Positions 37,191 through 48,126 of a DNA stretch of 64,000 nt are shown one piece after another. Below the pieces are notes generated by a model, which saw only the letters and a program-made list of their open reading frames with translations, was not told where the DNA came from and made no database searches. A program made the translations under genes and the position numbers. Source of the DNA: Octopus vulgaris (lineage: Eukaryota). The stretch spans positions 25,916,001 through 25,980,000 of the forward strand of contig OX597837.1 of assembly GCA_951406725.2 (NCBI GenBank). Reading direction: 5' to 3'. Every line of letters starts with the position of its first letter. Within the stretch, counting starts at the first letter, position 1.

Positions 37191-37565
37191 TTTTTTTTTA
37201 GACATTCACTAGTACAACACTAAATACAAAACAAAATATATGGCACACTAGGCATAACAACATCACGAACTTCCAACCTGTTGTCTCTTGAGGTCTCTGG
37301 GTGAGACTAGGAGCCAACTTGTACAAATATAAAGCAAAAGTCAAACATAGAATAATAATAATGGTGTCAAATTTTGGCACAAGGCCAGCAATTTTGGGAG
37401 GGAGGGAGTAAGTTGATTACATTGACCCCCCCCCCCCCAATGGTACCCATTTTGTCAACCTTGGAAGGATGAAAGGTAAAGTTGACCTTGGTGGAATTCG
37501 AACTCAGAATGAAATGCTGCCAAGCATTTTGCCCAGTGTGCTAACAATTCTGCCAGCTCACTGCC

Positions 37566-37599
<34 letters not shown>

Positions 37600-37885
37600 T
37601 AATAATAATAATAATAATAACCATAATAATCATTTCTACTCTAGGCACAAGGCCTTGAAAATTTTTGAAGTAGGGGGCGAGTTGATTACATTAACCCCAG
37701 TGCATAACTGATACTTACTTCATCAACCCTGAGAGAATGAAAGGCAAAGTCGACCTTGGCGGAATTTGAACTCAGAATGTAGCGGCAGATGAAATACTGG
37801 TTGAGAACCCCTGCTTTAGATATAATGCCTTGGTTGGAAAGTAAACTTCTTGATCATATGGCTAATCAAGATTATAACATATATA

Positions 37886-38822
37886 CAAGGGGGTGTTGCA
37901 AAGTTCCTGGCTTTAAGAAGAATATCATGAAATGCCTGGTTGGTGGCCCAAACTTCTGTGTTCTTTTACAAGGCTTAACCCTTTTGTTACCAGCGCGGCT
38001 GAAACCGGCTCTGGCTCTTTAGTATAAATGTCTTGTTTTCATAAGTTTTGAATTAAAATCTTCCACCAAATCTTAGTCACAATTTATGTTCTTAACACTA
38101 GCTCAATGATAACTTAGTTATTTTACTAAATTCTTTGTTATATTTAAAATTAATTGAAAGAAACACAGAGCATCTCAAAATAAATACAGTAACGAAAGGG
38201 TTAAGATGTGTGATTAAATTAACCCTTTTGTTAAAACCCAGCTGAAACTGGCTCTGACTCTTTAGTATAAATGTCTTGTTTTCATAAGTTTTGAATTAAA
38301 ATCTTCCACCAAATCTTAGTCACAATTTATGTTCCTAACATTAGCTTAATGATAACTAAGTTAGTTTACTAAATTCTTTGTTATATTTAAAGTAATTGAA
38401 AGAAACACAGAGCATCTCAAAATATATACAGTAACGAAAGAGTTAAGCTGTGTGATTAAATTAACCCTTTCGTTAAAACCCAGCTGAAACCAGCTCTAGC
38501 TCTGAGTACAAATGTCTTGTTTTCATAAGTTTTGAATTAAAATCTTCCCCCAAATCTTAGTCACAATTTATGTTCTTAACACTAGTTCAATGATAGCCAT
38601 GTTATTTTACTAAATTATTCGTTATATTTAAAATAATTGGAAGAAACACAGAGCATCCCAAAATAAATACAATAACGAAAAGGTTAAGGGCTTAGAAAAA
38701 CTGAAGGAGTACTTCAACAAGAGTGTGAATCTGAGAGGGGAATATATTGAATAAGATCATAATTAACTGATCCTCCTGTATTTTCCTTTACACAAAACCA
38801 GGAACTTTTCAGTCCCTCCTTG
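37886..38822 (+). mobile_element. mariner-derived non-autonomous element hosting a P2 MITE triplet
   Basis: TIR ta-caagggggtgttgcaaagttcctgg / ccaggaacttttcagtccctccttg; residual transposase C-terminus FFYK-GLEKLKEYFNKSVNLRGEYIE*. Confidence 0.8.
37975..38687. mobile_element. three tandem P2 piggyBac-type MITEs
   Basis: Copies 37979-38200, 38223-38442, 38465-38683, each bounded by TTAA, separated by 14-bp g(a/c)tgtgtgattaaa. Confidence 0.9.
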
Positions 38823-39030
38823 TGTGTGTGTGTGTGTTTGAATTCTATAACTTGAGTACTTTTCTCTTTAGAGAGAGAAATGACCCGAGTATAAAACTGG
38901 TACTTTATTACTTGGCCTTAAAATGACAAAAGCTAAAGTTAAGCTGATCAGAATTTCACCTCAGGGCATGAAGATCTAGAATGACTACCAAAAGGTATTC
39001 TATTTGATGCCATGATAATTGCTGCTATAT

Positions 39031-39590
39031 TTACTCTTTTACTTGTTTCATTCATTTGATTGCGGCCATGCTGGAGCACTGCGTTTAGTCAAGCAAATCG
39101 ACCCCAGGACTTATTCTTTGTAAGCCTAGTACTTATTCTATCAGTGTCTTTTCCTGAATCGTTAAGTTACAGGGATGTAAACACACCAGCATTGGTTGTT
39201 AAGCGATGTTGGGGGGGACAAACACACATATTTTTCTTCTTTCTTTCTTTCCTTCTCTTTTCCATTGACACTCCTTTCAGATACAAAGGCACACACACAC
39301 ACACTCCCTCACTTTCTCCCCATTCCTCATCCTCTTTTACTATCCTATTGGTCTCTTTTGCCGAACCGCTAAGTTACGGGGACGTAAACACACCAGCATC
39401 GGTTGTCAAGCGATGTTGGGAGGGACAAACACAAACACACATACACACACACATATACATATATACGACAGGCTTCTTTCAGTTTCCGTCTACCAAATCC
39501 ACTCATAAGGCTTTGGTAGACCCGGGGCTATAGTAGAAGACACTTGCCCAAGGTGTCACGCAGTGGGACTGAACCCAGAAACATGTGGTT
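39031..39590 (-). mobile_element. rearranged SINE family A with foreign insert at 39229-39347
   Basis: Tail half, insert, then partly repeated body and head. Confidence 0.8.
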
Positions 39591-40496
39591 CGCCTTGGAA
39601 CCCTGCTTGACATAAGAGTTTCTTATTTCTCTATTGTTTGAATGACTGTAAACTAAACGAGATGGCGCTAACGAGAGAAAGAGACGGAACGAAAATTAAT
39701 ATTGTTCTATCTCTAAAGAATGGACAAAGATAGCGAAAAATGAAGAGGAAAGACTGTGTTGTCTTAAATTTCCGTAATTATGAGATTTAGTTGGGGGGTG
39801 GGTCGGTGGCTTCCACAAGAGTCTGAGAAGCGAGTCTGACAGGTGGAAGTTGTTGAATAAATATTTAATATAGGAATTGATGTGCGTAATGAAGATATGG
39901 AGGTTGATGATGTGTTTTTTTGTTGTTTTTTTTTTACTTTTTCTCTTGTAAATTCGGAATCTAGGAAGATGTCTCTAGGCTATGATAAAACCATTTCAGA
40001 CCACTTCTGGTACTTAATTCCCCTGCCAAGAACTGATAAGCCATTACATCCCCCACCGCCCAGCTTGCTTGATTGTTTGTTTGTTTGATTTAGTGTTGTT
40101 GTATAGGAGACTGAAGGATGGCAAAAGGTGGGGGGGGGGGGTGAGATGGCGGGGGGGGGGGGGGGGGAGGAGGTCAGAATGTGGAGTTTGTGTGATTTCA
40201 TAACCTGGTTCTTTGAGAAATGGGAGAAAGTGACAATAGTTGGAATAAAGACATTAACAACGGTGTGGTGGTGGTGGTCGTGGTGGGGAGTGACAGTCAG
40301 CAGCAGCAACAAACCAATGCAAAGATTTGTATGTAAAAAAAATTAACAAGAGATGTTGTACTTGCGAAAGGAAAGGCAGCCAGTTGTTAAATCATGATGA
40401 TGATGATGTTGAATTATAACAAAGATCCCAAAATTTAACCCAACAGACAGAACCCCACCACACGTATTTCTGGATTATTCTAAGAGTTTTACCAAT

Positions 40497-40793
40497 ATCT
40501 ATCTATCTATCTATCTATCCGCTCAGTCGAAGTCGACTCTCGGTTACTCATTGGATCAGTGTCCTCCAGTCAGTTCTATCCTGGGCCACTTCTTTCAGAT
40601 TGGCTATGTCCATTCTGGTATCACTTCTGATGGTGTCAAGCCAGCGGGTTCTTGGTCGGACTCTTCCTCTCTTGCCACTGACCATTCCAAGCATGATGTC
40701 CTCCTCCAGGAATTTTCTCCGCATAATATGACCGAAATATGTCAATCTATGCTTAGTGATCCTAGCTTCTAGTGACATTTTCAGCCTTATTTG

Positions 40794-40838
<45 letters not shown>

Positions 40839-41040
40839 ATATGTAAATATATATGTATGTATATCTCTCTCTATCCGCTCAGTCGAAGTCGACTCTCGGT
40901 CACTCATTGGATCAGTGTCCTCCAGTCAGTTCTATCCTGGGCCGCTTCTTTCAGATTGGTTATGTCCATTCCGGTATCACTTTTGATGGTGTCAAGCCAG
41001 CGGGTTCTTGGTCGGCCTCTTCCTCTCTTGCCACTGACCA
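40497..41040 (-). pseudogene. two copies of an RTE-BovB-like LINE 3' end
   Basis: SLEARITKHRLTYFGHIMRRKFLEEDIMLGMVSGKRGRVRPRTRWLDTI...AQDRTDWR; 3' end gagtcgacttcgactgagcg then (ATAG)n; copies 40518-40790 and 40874-41040. Confidence 0.9.
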
Positions 41041-41590
41041 ATATAAAGAAGTAAATACAAAGAATAAGGTAATAAAATGGGCGTGTTTGTGTGTAATCAT
41101 CGTCATCATCATTATGATCATTTTAATGTCCATTTTCCATGCTGGCATGGGTTGGACAGTCAGATAAGAAATGGCAAACCAGAGGGCTATGCTATGTTCT
41201 ATCATCTGCTTTGGCATAGTTTCTATGGTTGGATGCCCTTTCTAATGCCAACCCCTTTACAGAGTGTACTGAGTGCTCTTTTCATAGCAACAGCATTGGC
41301 AGGGTCACCAAGTAACTTGCAAGACAAAGTTCCCTCGATTTAGTGGTGGTCGAATAGAGTAATAGCAAGGAAGGCAGCTTTGCCAGTTGATGAGAGATCA
41401 AATGATAATAATAGAAGGATATCTGTAGAAGAGATACAAGGATATCTGTCTGTCTGTCTATCTGTCTGTCTATCTATCTGTGTATCTGTCTATCTATCTG
41501 TGTGTCTATCTGTCTATCTATCTGTGTATCTATCTATCTATCTGTGTATCTATCTATCTATCTATCTGTCTGTCTGTCTGTCTCTCTCTA

Positions 41591-41640
<50 letters not shown>

Positions 41641-41733
41641 AAATATTATTAGAGACAAAACCACTATTTTGCAAAACAAACAAGGAAAGACTTAATCAAT
41701 ACATAAAATTTTAATAAATAGTCAAAAAAACCG

Positions 41734-41776
41734 CCACTACAATCGTTTCTTGTCTTGATCGACAATCTTCAGGTGG
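41734..41776 (-). ncRNA. minimal type-I hammerhead ribozyme (mirror copy)
   Basis: Minus: ccac CTGAAGA ttgtc-gatcaa-gacaa GAAA c-gatt-g TA gtgg. Confidence 0.8.
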
Positions 41777-41820
41777 ACTTCAATAAGTCAGTTTCAAATT
41801 TGAAACTGACTTATTGAAGT

Positions 41821-41863
41821 CCACCTGAAGATTGTCGATCATGACAAGAAACGATTGTAGTGG
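41821..41863 (+). ncRNA. minimal type-I hammerhead ribozyme
   Basis: ccac CTGAAGA ttgtc-gatcat-gacaa GAAA c-gatt-g TA gtgg; stem I ccac/gtgg, 5-bp stem II, GUA triplet. Confidence 0.8.
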
Positions 41864-42579
41864 CGGTTTTTTTTGACTATTTATTAAAATTTTATGTATT
41901 GATTAAGTCTTTCCTTGTTTGTTTTGCAAAATAGTGGTTTTGTCTCTAATAATATTTTATAATATTTTACTATAAAATTGGATTTAATCCTAAATCTGAT
42001 TTTTTTCCCTGTAAATTTGGATTTATTCCCTAATATTTATTATTATATATATATATATATATATATATACGTATATATATGATGGGCTTTTTAAAGTTTC
42101 CATCCACTCACAAGGCTTTGATTGGCCTGAGGGTATAGTAAAAGACACTTACCCAAGGTGCTACACAGTGGGACTGAACCAAGAACCATGTGGTTGGGAA
42201 ACCAGCTTCTTACAACACAGCTATGCCTGTGCCACAGTCTCTCTTAGTAGTCAGGACACAGTATGACTATTTTATTTCTCACTCCTTTCCACCCTCCTCA
42301 CTTTTCCATTTGTGTATCTTTCAAATTGGATTCGCCCAGAAAGATTCCCATATCATTTCAACGAAGAAATTTCTCACATTTGTGAGGGTTCATACAAACA
42401 CACACACACACACATCTCACACTTAATCACTAATCAACTGACATCTTTCCACAAATATTTATCAATATAAAATAGCACCTTCGTTAGTTTTGCAAACAAG
42501 AATTGATAGATTGGAACTAAAACATTTCTAATTAGAAAATATTTATTTATTCAGAAAATTAAAACGAAAAATAAACAAA

Positions 42580-42747
42580 GCGCAGGAGTGGCTGTGTGGT
42601 AAGTAGCTTGCTAACCAACCGCATGGTTCAGGGTTCAGTCCCACTGTGTGGCACCTTGGGCAAGTGTCTTCTACTATAGCCTCGAGCCGACCAAAGCCTT
42701 GTGAGTGGATTTGGTAGACGGAAACTGAAAGAAGCCTGGCGTATATA

Positions 42748-42801
<54 letters not shown>

Positions 42802-43008
42802 TCTCTGTGTGTGTCCCCCTAGCATTGCTTGACAACCGATGGTGGTGTGTTTATGTCCCCGTTACTTAGCGGTTCGGCAAAAGAGACCGATAGAATAAGT
42901 ACTGGGCGTACAAAGAATAAGTCCCAGGGTCGAGTTGCTCGATTAAAGGCGGTGCTCCAGCATGGCCACCAGTCAAATGACTGAAACAAGTAAAAGAGTA
43001 GAGTAAAG
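42580..43008 (+). mobile_element. SINE family A
   Basis: Full-length copy. Confidence 0.9.
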
Positions 43009-43216
43009 AGACCATAAAGTGAAGCTTTGTTTCATTTTCTCTCTCCTCTACTATTTTCAGGATCGACAACTGTAATGCCTTGTTAGTTCTGATTAATTAT
43101 GATGATTAATCCTTTAGCATTCAGATCACTCTGTCAAATGTAGTACTTATTTATTCACTTATGATGACAAACGATAAGACCAACTGATCTATTTCTGTGT
43201 CTGTACCATAAAGTGA

Positions 43217-43562
43217 CTAGCATGGGTTGGACGGTTCGACCGGGGTCTGGGAAGCCATGGAGGCTGCACCAGGCTCCAGTCTGATTTGGCAGTCTTTCTA
43301 CAGCTGGATGCCCTTCCCAACGCCAACCACTCCGTGAGTGTAGTGGGTGCTTTTTACGTGCCACCGGCACAGGGGCCAGAGCAGCCTGGCAAACGGCCAC
43401 GATCGGTTGGTGCTTTTACGTGTCACCAACACGGACGCCAGTCAGGCGACGCTAGTAACTGCCACGCTCGAACGGTGCTTTTACATGTCACCAGCACGGG
43501 TGTCTTAACTACAATTTCCATTCGAATTTTTGATGTTGACGAACTTGACTCAACAGGTCTCC
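43217..43562 (-). mobile_element. family C repeat (RTE LINE 3' UTR)
   Basis: ctagcatgggttggacggttcgaccggggtctgggaagcc...ctcaacaggtc. Confidence 0.8.
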
Positions 43563-43579
43563 TCGTTTTTAATTAATTA

Positions 43580-44091
43580 CTAGCAGTATCGACTGGCGTT
43601 GCTCGGGTTTGTAAGGGAAATAACTATATAAGCATTTTAAGAGAGTTACTTCCCTTATAGATGCCAATTCGGGCTTTCTTAGCCATTTCTGTTTTGGTGT
43701 CTTCAAGCCATGAAGTCGTTGTTCTAAAAGAACGCTGGTCTCCTTGACAACGTTTACGACGTTGCTTTCCTTACACTCCCTTCCCCACAGCTTCACGAGG
43801 GAGGAAAGAAGGGGGAGAAGCAAACAGGTGCAGGTGTGACCATGGATGCCAACTCCGCCGCCATCGACACACGAAAAATTATGCATTAAAATGGAATAAA
43901 AAATGATGTTAAATTATTTTTAAAATCGTAGACTCATCGTAGACACGCGCTAATAGCCAGACGGGCTTGATATTAATCACGACTATAAGATACCCGAATT
44001 TGGTTAAACTGCACCGCAAAATGTGGGAGGAGTTAGGAATCTAAATCGAAGGGGACAGACACTCACACAACTACAGTTTTATATATATAGA
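43580..44091 (-). mobile_element. non-autonomous Helitron
   Basis: Minus strand A|TCTATATATATAAAA ... cccgagcaacgccagtcgatactgCTAG|T; no TSD; sister copy at 48544-48918. Confidence 0.85.
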
Positions 44092-44237
44092 TGTATCATC
44101 TAGTAGCTTTGAGATTTCAATGATGTGATTGCATATCTAGGATTGGTGTGAGAGTCTAGATCTGGCTGGTTTGAACATAAAACAAGTAGAATATCTTGGC
44201 TGGATATGACCTCTTTTTATTGGTCATGAATGACCAT

Positions 44238-44845
44238 TGGATCGCACCTAGAAAGTTCTTGGAGGCACGAGCCCGGAAAAGGTTGTTTGTGGAAGACCAG
44301 CAGTCGCCCATGCATACCAGTCTCCCCTCTTCATATCATTGAAGTAAAAGGGGTAAAGAACCCCCTTTAGTCAGAAATCAATATGGGATTGCACCTAGAA
44401 AGTTCTTGGAGGCACGAGCCCAGAAAAGGTTGTTTGTGGAAGACCAGCAGTCGCCCATGCATACCAGTCTCCTCTTCATATCATTGAAGTAAAAGGGGTA
44501 AAGAACTCCCTTTAGTCAGAAATCAATATGGGATTGCACCTAGAAAGTTCTTGGAGGCACGAGCCCAGAAAAGGTTGTTTGTGGAAGACCAGCAGTCGCC
44601 CATGCATACCAGTCTCCCCTCTTCATATCATTGAAGTAAAAGGGGTAAAGAACCCCCTTTAGTCAGAAATTAATATGGGATTGCACCTAGAAAGTTCTTG
44701 GAGGCACGAGCCCGGAAAAGGTTGTTTGTGGAAGACCAGCAGTCGCCCATGCATACCAGTCTCCCCTCTTCATATCATTGAAGTAAAAGGGGTAAAGAAC
44801 CCCCTTTAGTCAGAAATCAATATGGGATTGCACCTAGAAAGTTCT
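44238..44845. repeat. 147-bp tandem repeat (4+ units) derived from a SINE tail
   Basis: Units at 44238, 44385, 44530, 44677, 44824. Confidence 0.9.
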
Positions 44846-45148
44846 CCTCCAAGGCACAAATCTGAGCAAGTGTTTTGAGGAAGGCCAGCAGTCACCCATT
44901 CATACCAGCCTCTCCTCTCCATGCCACCATTGTTGTCCAAGGGCAAGGCAAAGGCCAATACAGCTTGGGATTAGTGACATCATAACTCAATTCTATTGCT
45001 GAATGAGCTGGAACAACATGACAAAGTGTCTTGTTCAAGAATACAGCTCACAACCCATCAAGAATACAACTCACAGCCTAGTCTGGGAATCGAACTCACA
45101 ACCTCACGATTGTTAGCCCACTGCTCTAACCACTGAGCCATGCACCTT
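44820..45148 (-). mobile_element. tRNA-derived SINE (further family)
   Basis: Minus head aggtgcatggctcagtggttagagc...gagttcgattccc with A and B boxes. Confidence 0.8.
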
Positions 45149-45354
45149 GATTAATTTGTTTGTTCCTTCTTGAGCCATGCCTGGCTCATAAGGGCCAGTT
45201 TCTCAGTTTCATTAGTATATAGATTCCCCACCTGGACAGGACACCGGTCCTTCACAGGTGAACTGCTAGATGCAGGAGGAAAGAGTGAGAGAAAGTTGTG
45301 GTGAAAGAGTCAGCAGAAGTTTGCCATTATTTTCTGTCAGAACCACATGGAGCT

Positions 45355-45748
45355 CAAACAAGAGAGGACAAACAAGGACAGACAAATGGATTAAGTCGAT
45401 TATATTTGACCCTAGTACGTAACTGGTACTTATTTAATCGACCCTGAAAGGATGAAGGGCAAAATCAACCTCGGTGGAATTTGAACTCAGAACGTAGCGG
45501 CAGACGAAATACCTATTTCTTTATTACCCACAAGGGGCTAAACATAGAGGGGACAAACAAGGACAGACAAAGGTATTAAGTCGATTACATCGACCCCAGT
45601 GCGTAACTGGTACTTAATTAATCGACCCCTGAAAGGATGAAAGGCAAAGTCAACCTCGGCGGAATTTGAACTCAGAACGTAGCGGCAGACAAAATACCAC
45701 TAAGCATTTCGCCCGGCATGCTAATGTTTCAGCCAGCTCGCCGCCTTA
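45355..45748 (-). mobile_element. two tandem SINE family B copies
   Basis: Core gaaaggatgaa(a/g)ggcaaa twice; head ccagctcgccgcctt at the right end. Confidence 0.85.
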
Positions 45749-46204
45749 GTACTAGTACATATTATGTGTACAACGTTAACAGTACAAAGATGATCGTAAA
45801 CAACTTTAACAGACATTGAGATGACAAAGAAAAAAATTGATAACTTAAAAACTTTTGATCTCGAAATAGAAAATTAAAAAAAAATTTTGTAAAAAAAAAT
45901 TTGAAAGATAAGTAAATCTAAGTAAAAAAGTTATTGGTCTTTGAAGACAGACATCAAATGGAGAGAACATTTTTGGCAAAAAAAAAAAAAATTAAATTTA
46001 AAGCTATCTTTGATATTTTCAACAAAGTAGTTTCCAAGGAGAGTTTAAAAAATGTTTAGAGGCTAGTACTGACAAAATTCTTCAAGAATTGGTACAGCAT
46101 GTGTTGAACTATTTAACTCTTGTGCCTGACGCGCAACTGTTGTTGTCCACTTGTTTGATTTTATTCCAGAGGATGTGATCCTCCATCTTCATTCTAAGAG
46201 CGAC

Positions 46205-46710
46205 AGCAGCAGCAGCCGTTCAAGAACTTGGACCCGGAGATCTCCATTTCCAGCGACTTCAAGGGTCACCTCCCAGTGGTGTCGGGTGTCAACGAAGAGC
46301 CCTCGACTACAACAAGACGACTAAAGTTGTTTTTTTTTCCAAGGTCTGGGGTCTCCCGCCCCTAAGCCCTAGACCATCATCTAATCACCCTTACCCGTCT
46401 TGTTGCTTAACAACAACAACAACAACAGCAGCAGCAACAACAACAATAACAGCAACAATAACAACAGTAACAACAATGCGTACAGCAGCAGCAGCTGTTT
46501 AAGAATTTGGACCTGGAGATCTCCATTTCCAGCGACTTCAAGGGCCACCTCCCAGTGGTGTCGGGTGTCAACAAAGAGCCCTCGACTACAACAAGACGAC
46601 TAAAGTTGTTTTTTTTTTCCAAGTTCTGGGGTCTCCCGCCCCTAAGCCCTAGACCATCACCTGATCACCCTTACCTGTCTTGTTGCTTAACAACAACAGC
46701 AGCAGCAGCA
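46205..46710. repeat. ~279-bp tandem duplication of GC-richer unique sequence
   Basis: 46205-46440 repeated at about 46484-46710 with scattered substitutions. Confidence 0.85.
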
Positions 46711-46999
46711 GTGCTGCCACCACTGCCACCACCACCACCACCACCACCACCTTCATCAAACATCCATGCTCGCTTGGCGAAATGGAATTTGTTGAGGTGA
46801 ATTTTCTATGGCTGCATGTCCTACCTGTCACCAACCCTCACCTGTTCACAAGAAATACTTCTCCATTGCCAGACATATTTTTGTGGAAGACTAGAAATGA
46901 AGGATACAGCTAGCATGACAGTAATACTCGTTTACAACAATCACAATTTCAAAGCAAGAAGACAGCAACACACACACACACACACACACACAATCATCA

Positions 47000-47420
47000 T
47001 TGTCATCATCATCATCGTCGTTTAACATCAGCTTTCCATGCTGGCATGGGTTGGGCAATTTGACTGAGGACTGGCGAACCAGATGGCTGCACCGGGCTCC
47101 AATTACCCACTACATTCTTGGAGTGGCTGGCATTAGAAAGGGCATCCAGCTGCAGAAACTCTGCCAGACCAGGCTCCAATCAGATCTGGCAGAGTTTCTG
47201 CAGCTGGATGCCCTTCCTAACGCCAACCACTCCGTGAGTGTAGTGGGTGCTTTTACGTGCCACCCGCATGAGGGCCAGTCAGGCGGTACTGGCAACGGCA
47301 ACACTCAAATGGTGTTTTTTACATACCACCTGCGCAAGAGCCAGTCCAACAGTACTGGCAACGACCTCACTCGAATGCTTTTTCATGTGCCAGTAAGGTG
47401 ATGTTGGTAACGATCACCTT
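47000..47420 (-). mobile_element. family C repeat with short internal inversion
   Basis: gaaagggcatccagctgcagaaactctgccaga (about 47137-47169) inverted against 47185-47219. Confidence 0.7.
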
Positions 47421-47463
47421 ACTAGCACTTGTTGCTGTGGCAGTAAGGTGGTTGTTATCAGCA

Positions 47464-47497
<34 letters not shown>

Positions 47498-47501
<4 letters not shown>

Positions 47502-47825
47502 ATACTAAGTAATTAAGGGTTTGGCCTCACCACACACCGAATTTAGAAATAGCAGTCAAAGAGTTTTGGCTATTCTTTCTACTTAAAAGGGAGATCCCAG
47601 TAAAACCACAGCACTTACTGGGATCTCCCTTTAAGTAGAAAGAATAGCCAAAACTCTTTGACTGCTATTTCTAAATTCGGTGTGTGGTGAGGCAAATCGT
47701 TGCTAAACCCTTAATTACTTAGTATTACTTAAACCTTCCTTGAATGGGGCTTTTACATGCCGAAATCTACTTGGTGAAATTAATGATTATTCCAAATTAA
47801 TTAATTTCACCCTTTATTATTATTG
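47498..47825 (+). mobile_element. fold-back element in (TA)n, ~105-bp arms, 11-nt loop, one-sided tail
   Basis: 47498-47604 mirrors 47615-47729 apart from a small indel. Confidence 0.8.
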
Positions 47826-47961
47826 ATATATATATAATATATATATATATACATATATTATAATAAATTAGAGACAAAACCACTATTATGTAAATCAAAC
47901 AAAGAAAGACTTAAGCCAATACATAAAATAATTTATATAAATTAAAATTTAACAAATGAAT

Positions 47962-48015
47962 AACCACTACGATATCGTTTCGTGTCAGCATATCTTAGAC
48001 ATTCTTCAGGTGGTT
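47962..48015 (-). ncRNA. minimal type-I hammerhead ribozyme (mirror copy)
   Basis: Minus: aaccac CTGAAGA atgtc...gacac GAAA c-gatatc-g TA gtggtt. Confidence 0.75.
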
Positions 48016-48074
48016 TCTAAACTTCTTAGCGAGTTATAAACTTCATAGTTTATAACTCGCTAAGAAGGTTTAGA

Positions 48075-48126
48075 AACCACCTGAAGAATGTCTAAGATGT
48101 GCTGACACGAAACGATCGTAGTGGTT
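48075..48126 (+). ncRNA. minimal type-I hammerhead ribozyme
   Basis: aaccac CTGAAGA atgtc-taagatgtgct-gacac GAAA c-gatc-g TA gtggtt; palindromic stem III; A.C mismatch at base of stem II. Confidence 0.78.

Larger units (their letters stand above)
41637..42043 (+). mobile_element. fold-back PLE-type element: 325-bp spacerless palindrome plus tail
   Basis: 41637-41798 mirrors 41799-41961 with about 2 differences; tail ttttactataaaattgga...ccctaatatttat shared with 48238-48310. Confidence 0.85.

Noticed and set aside
39640-39860. Possible promoter or first exon of GOPC (slightly CpG-richer patch)
   Set aside because: No GOPC N-terminal peptide found and no diagnostic promoter elements
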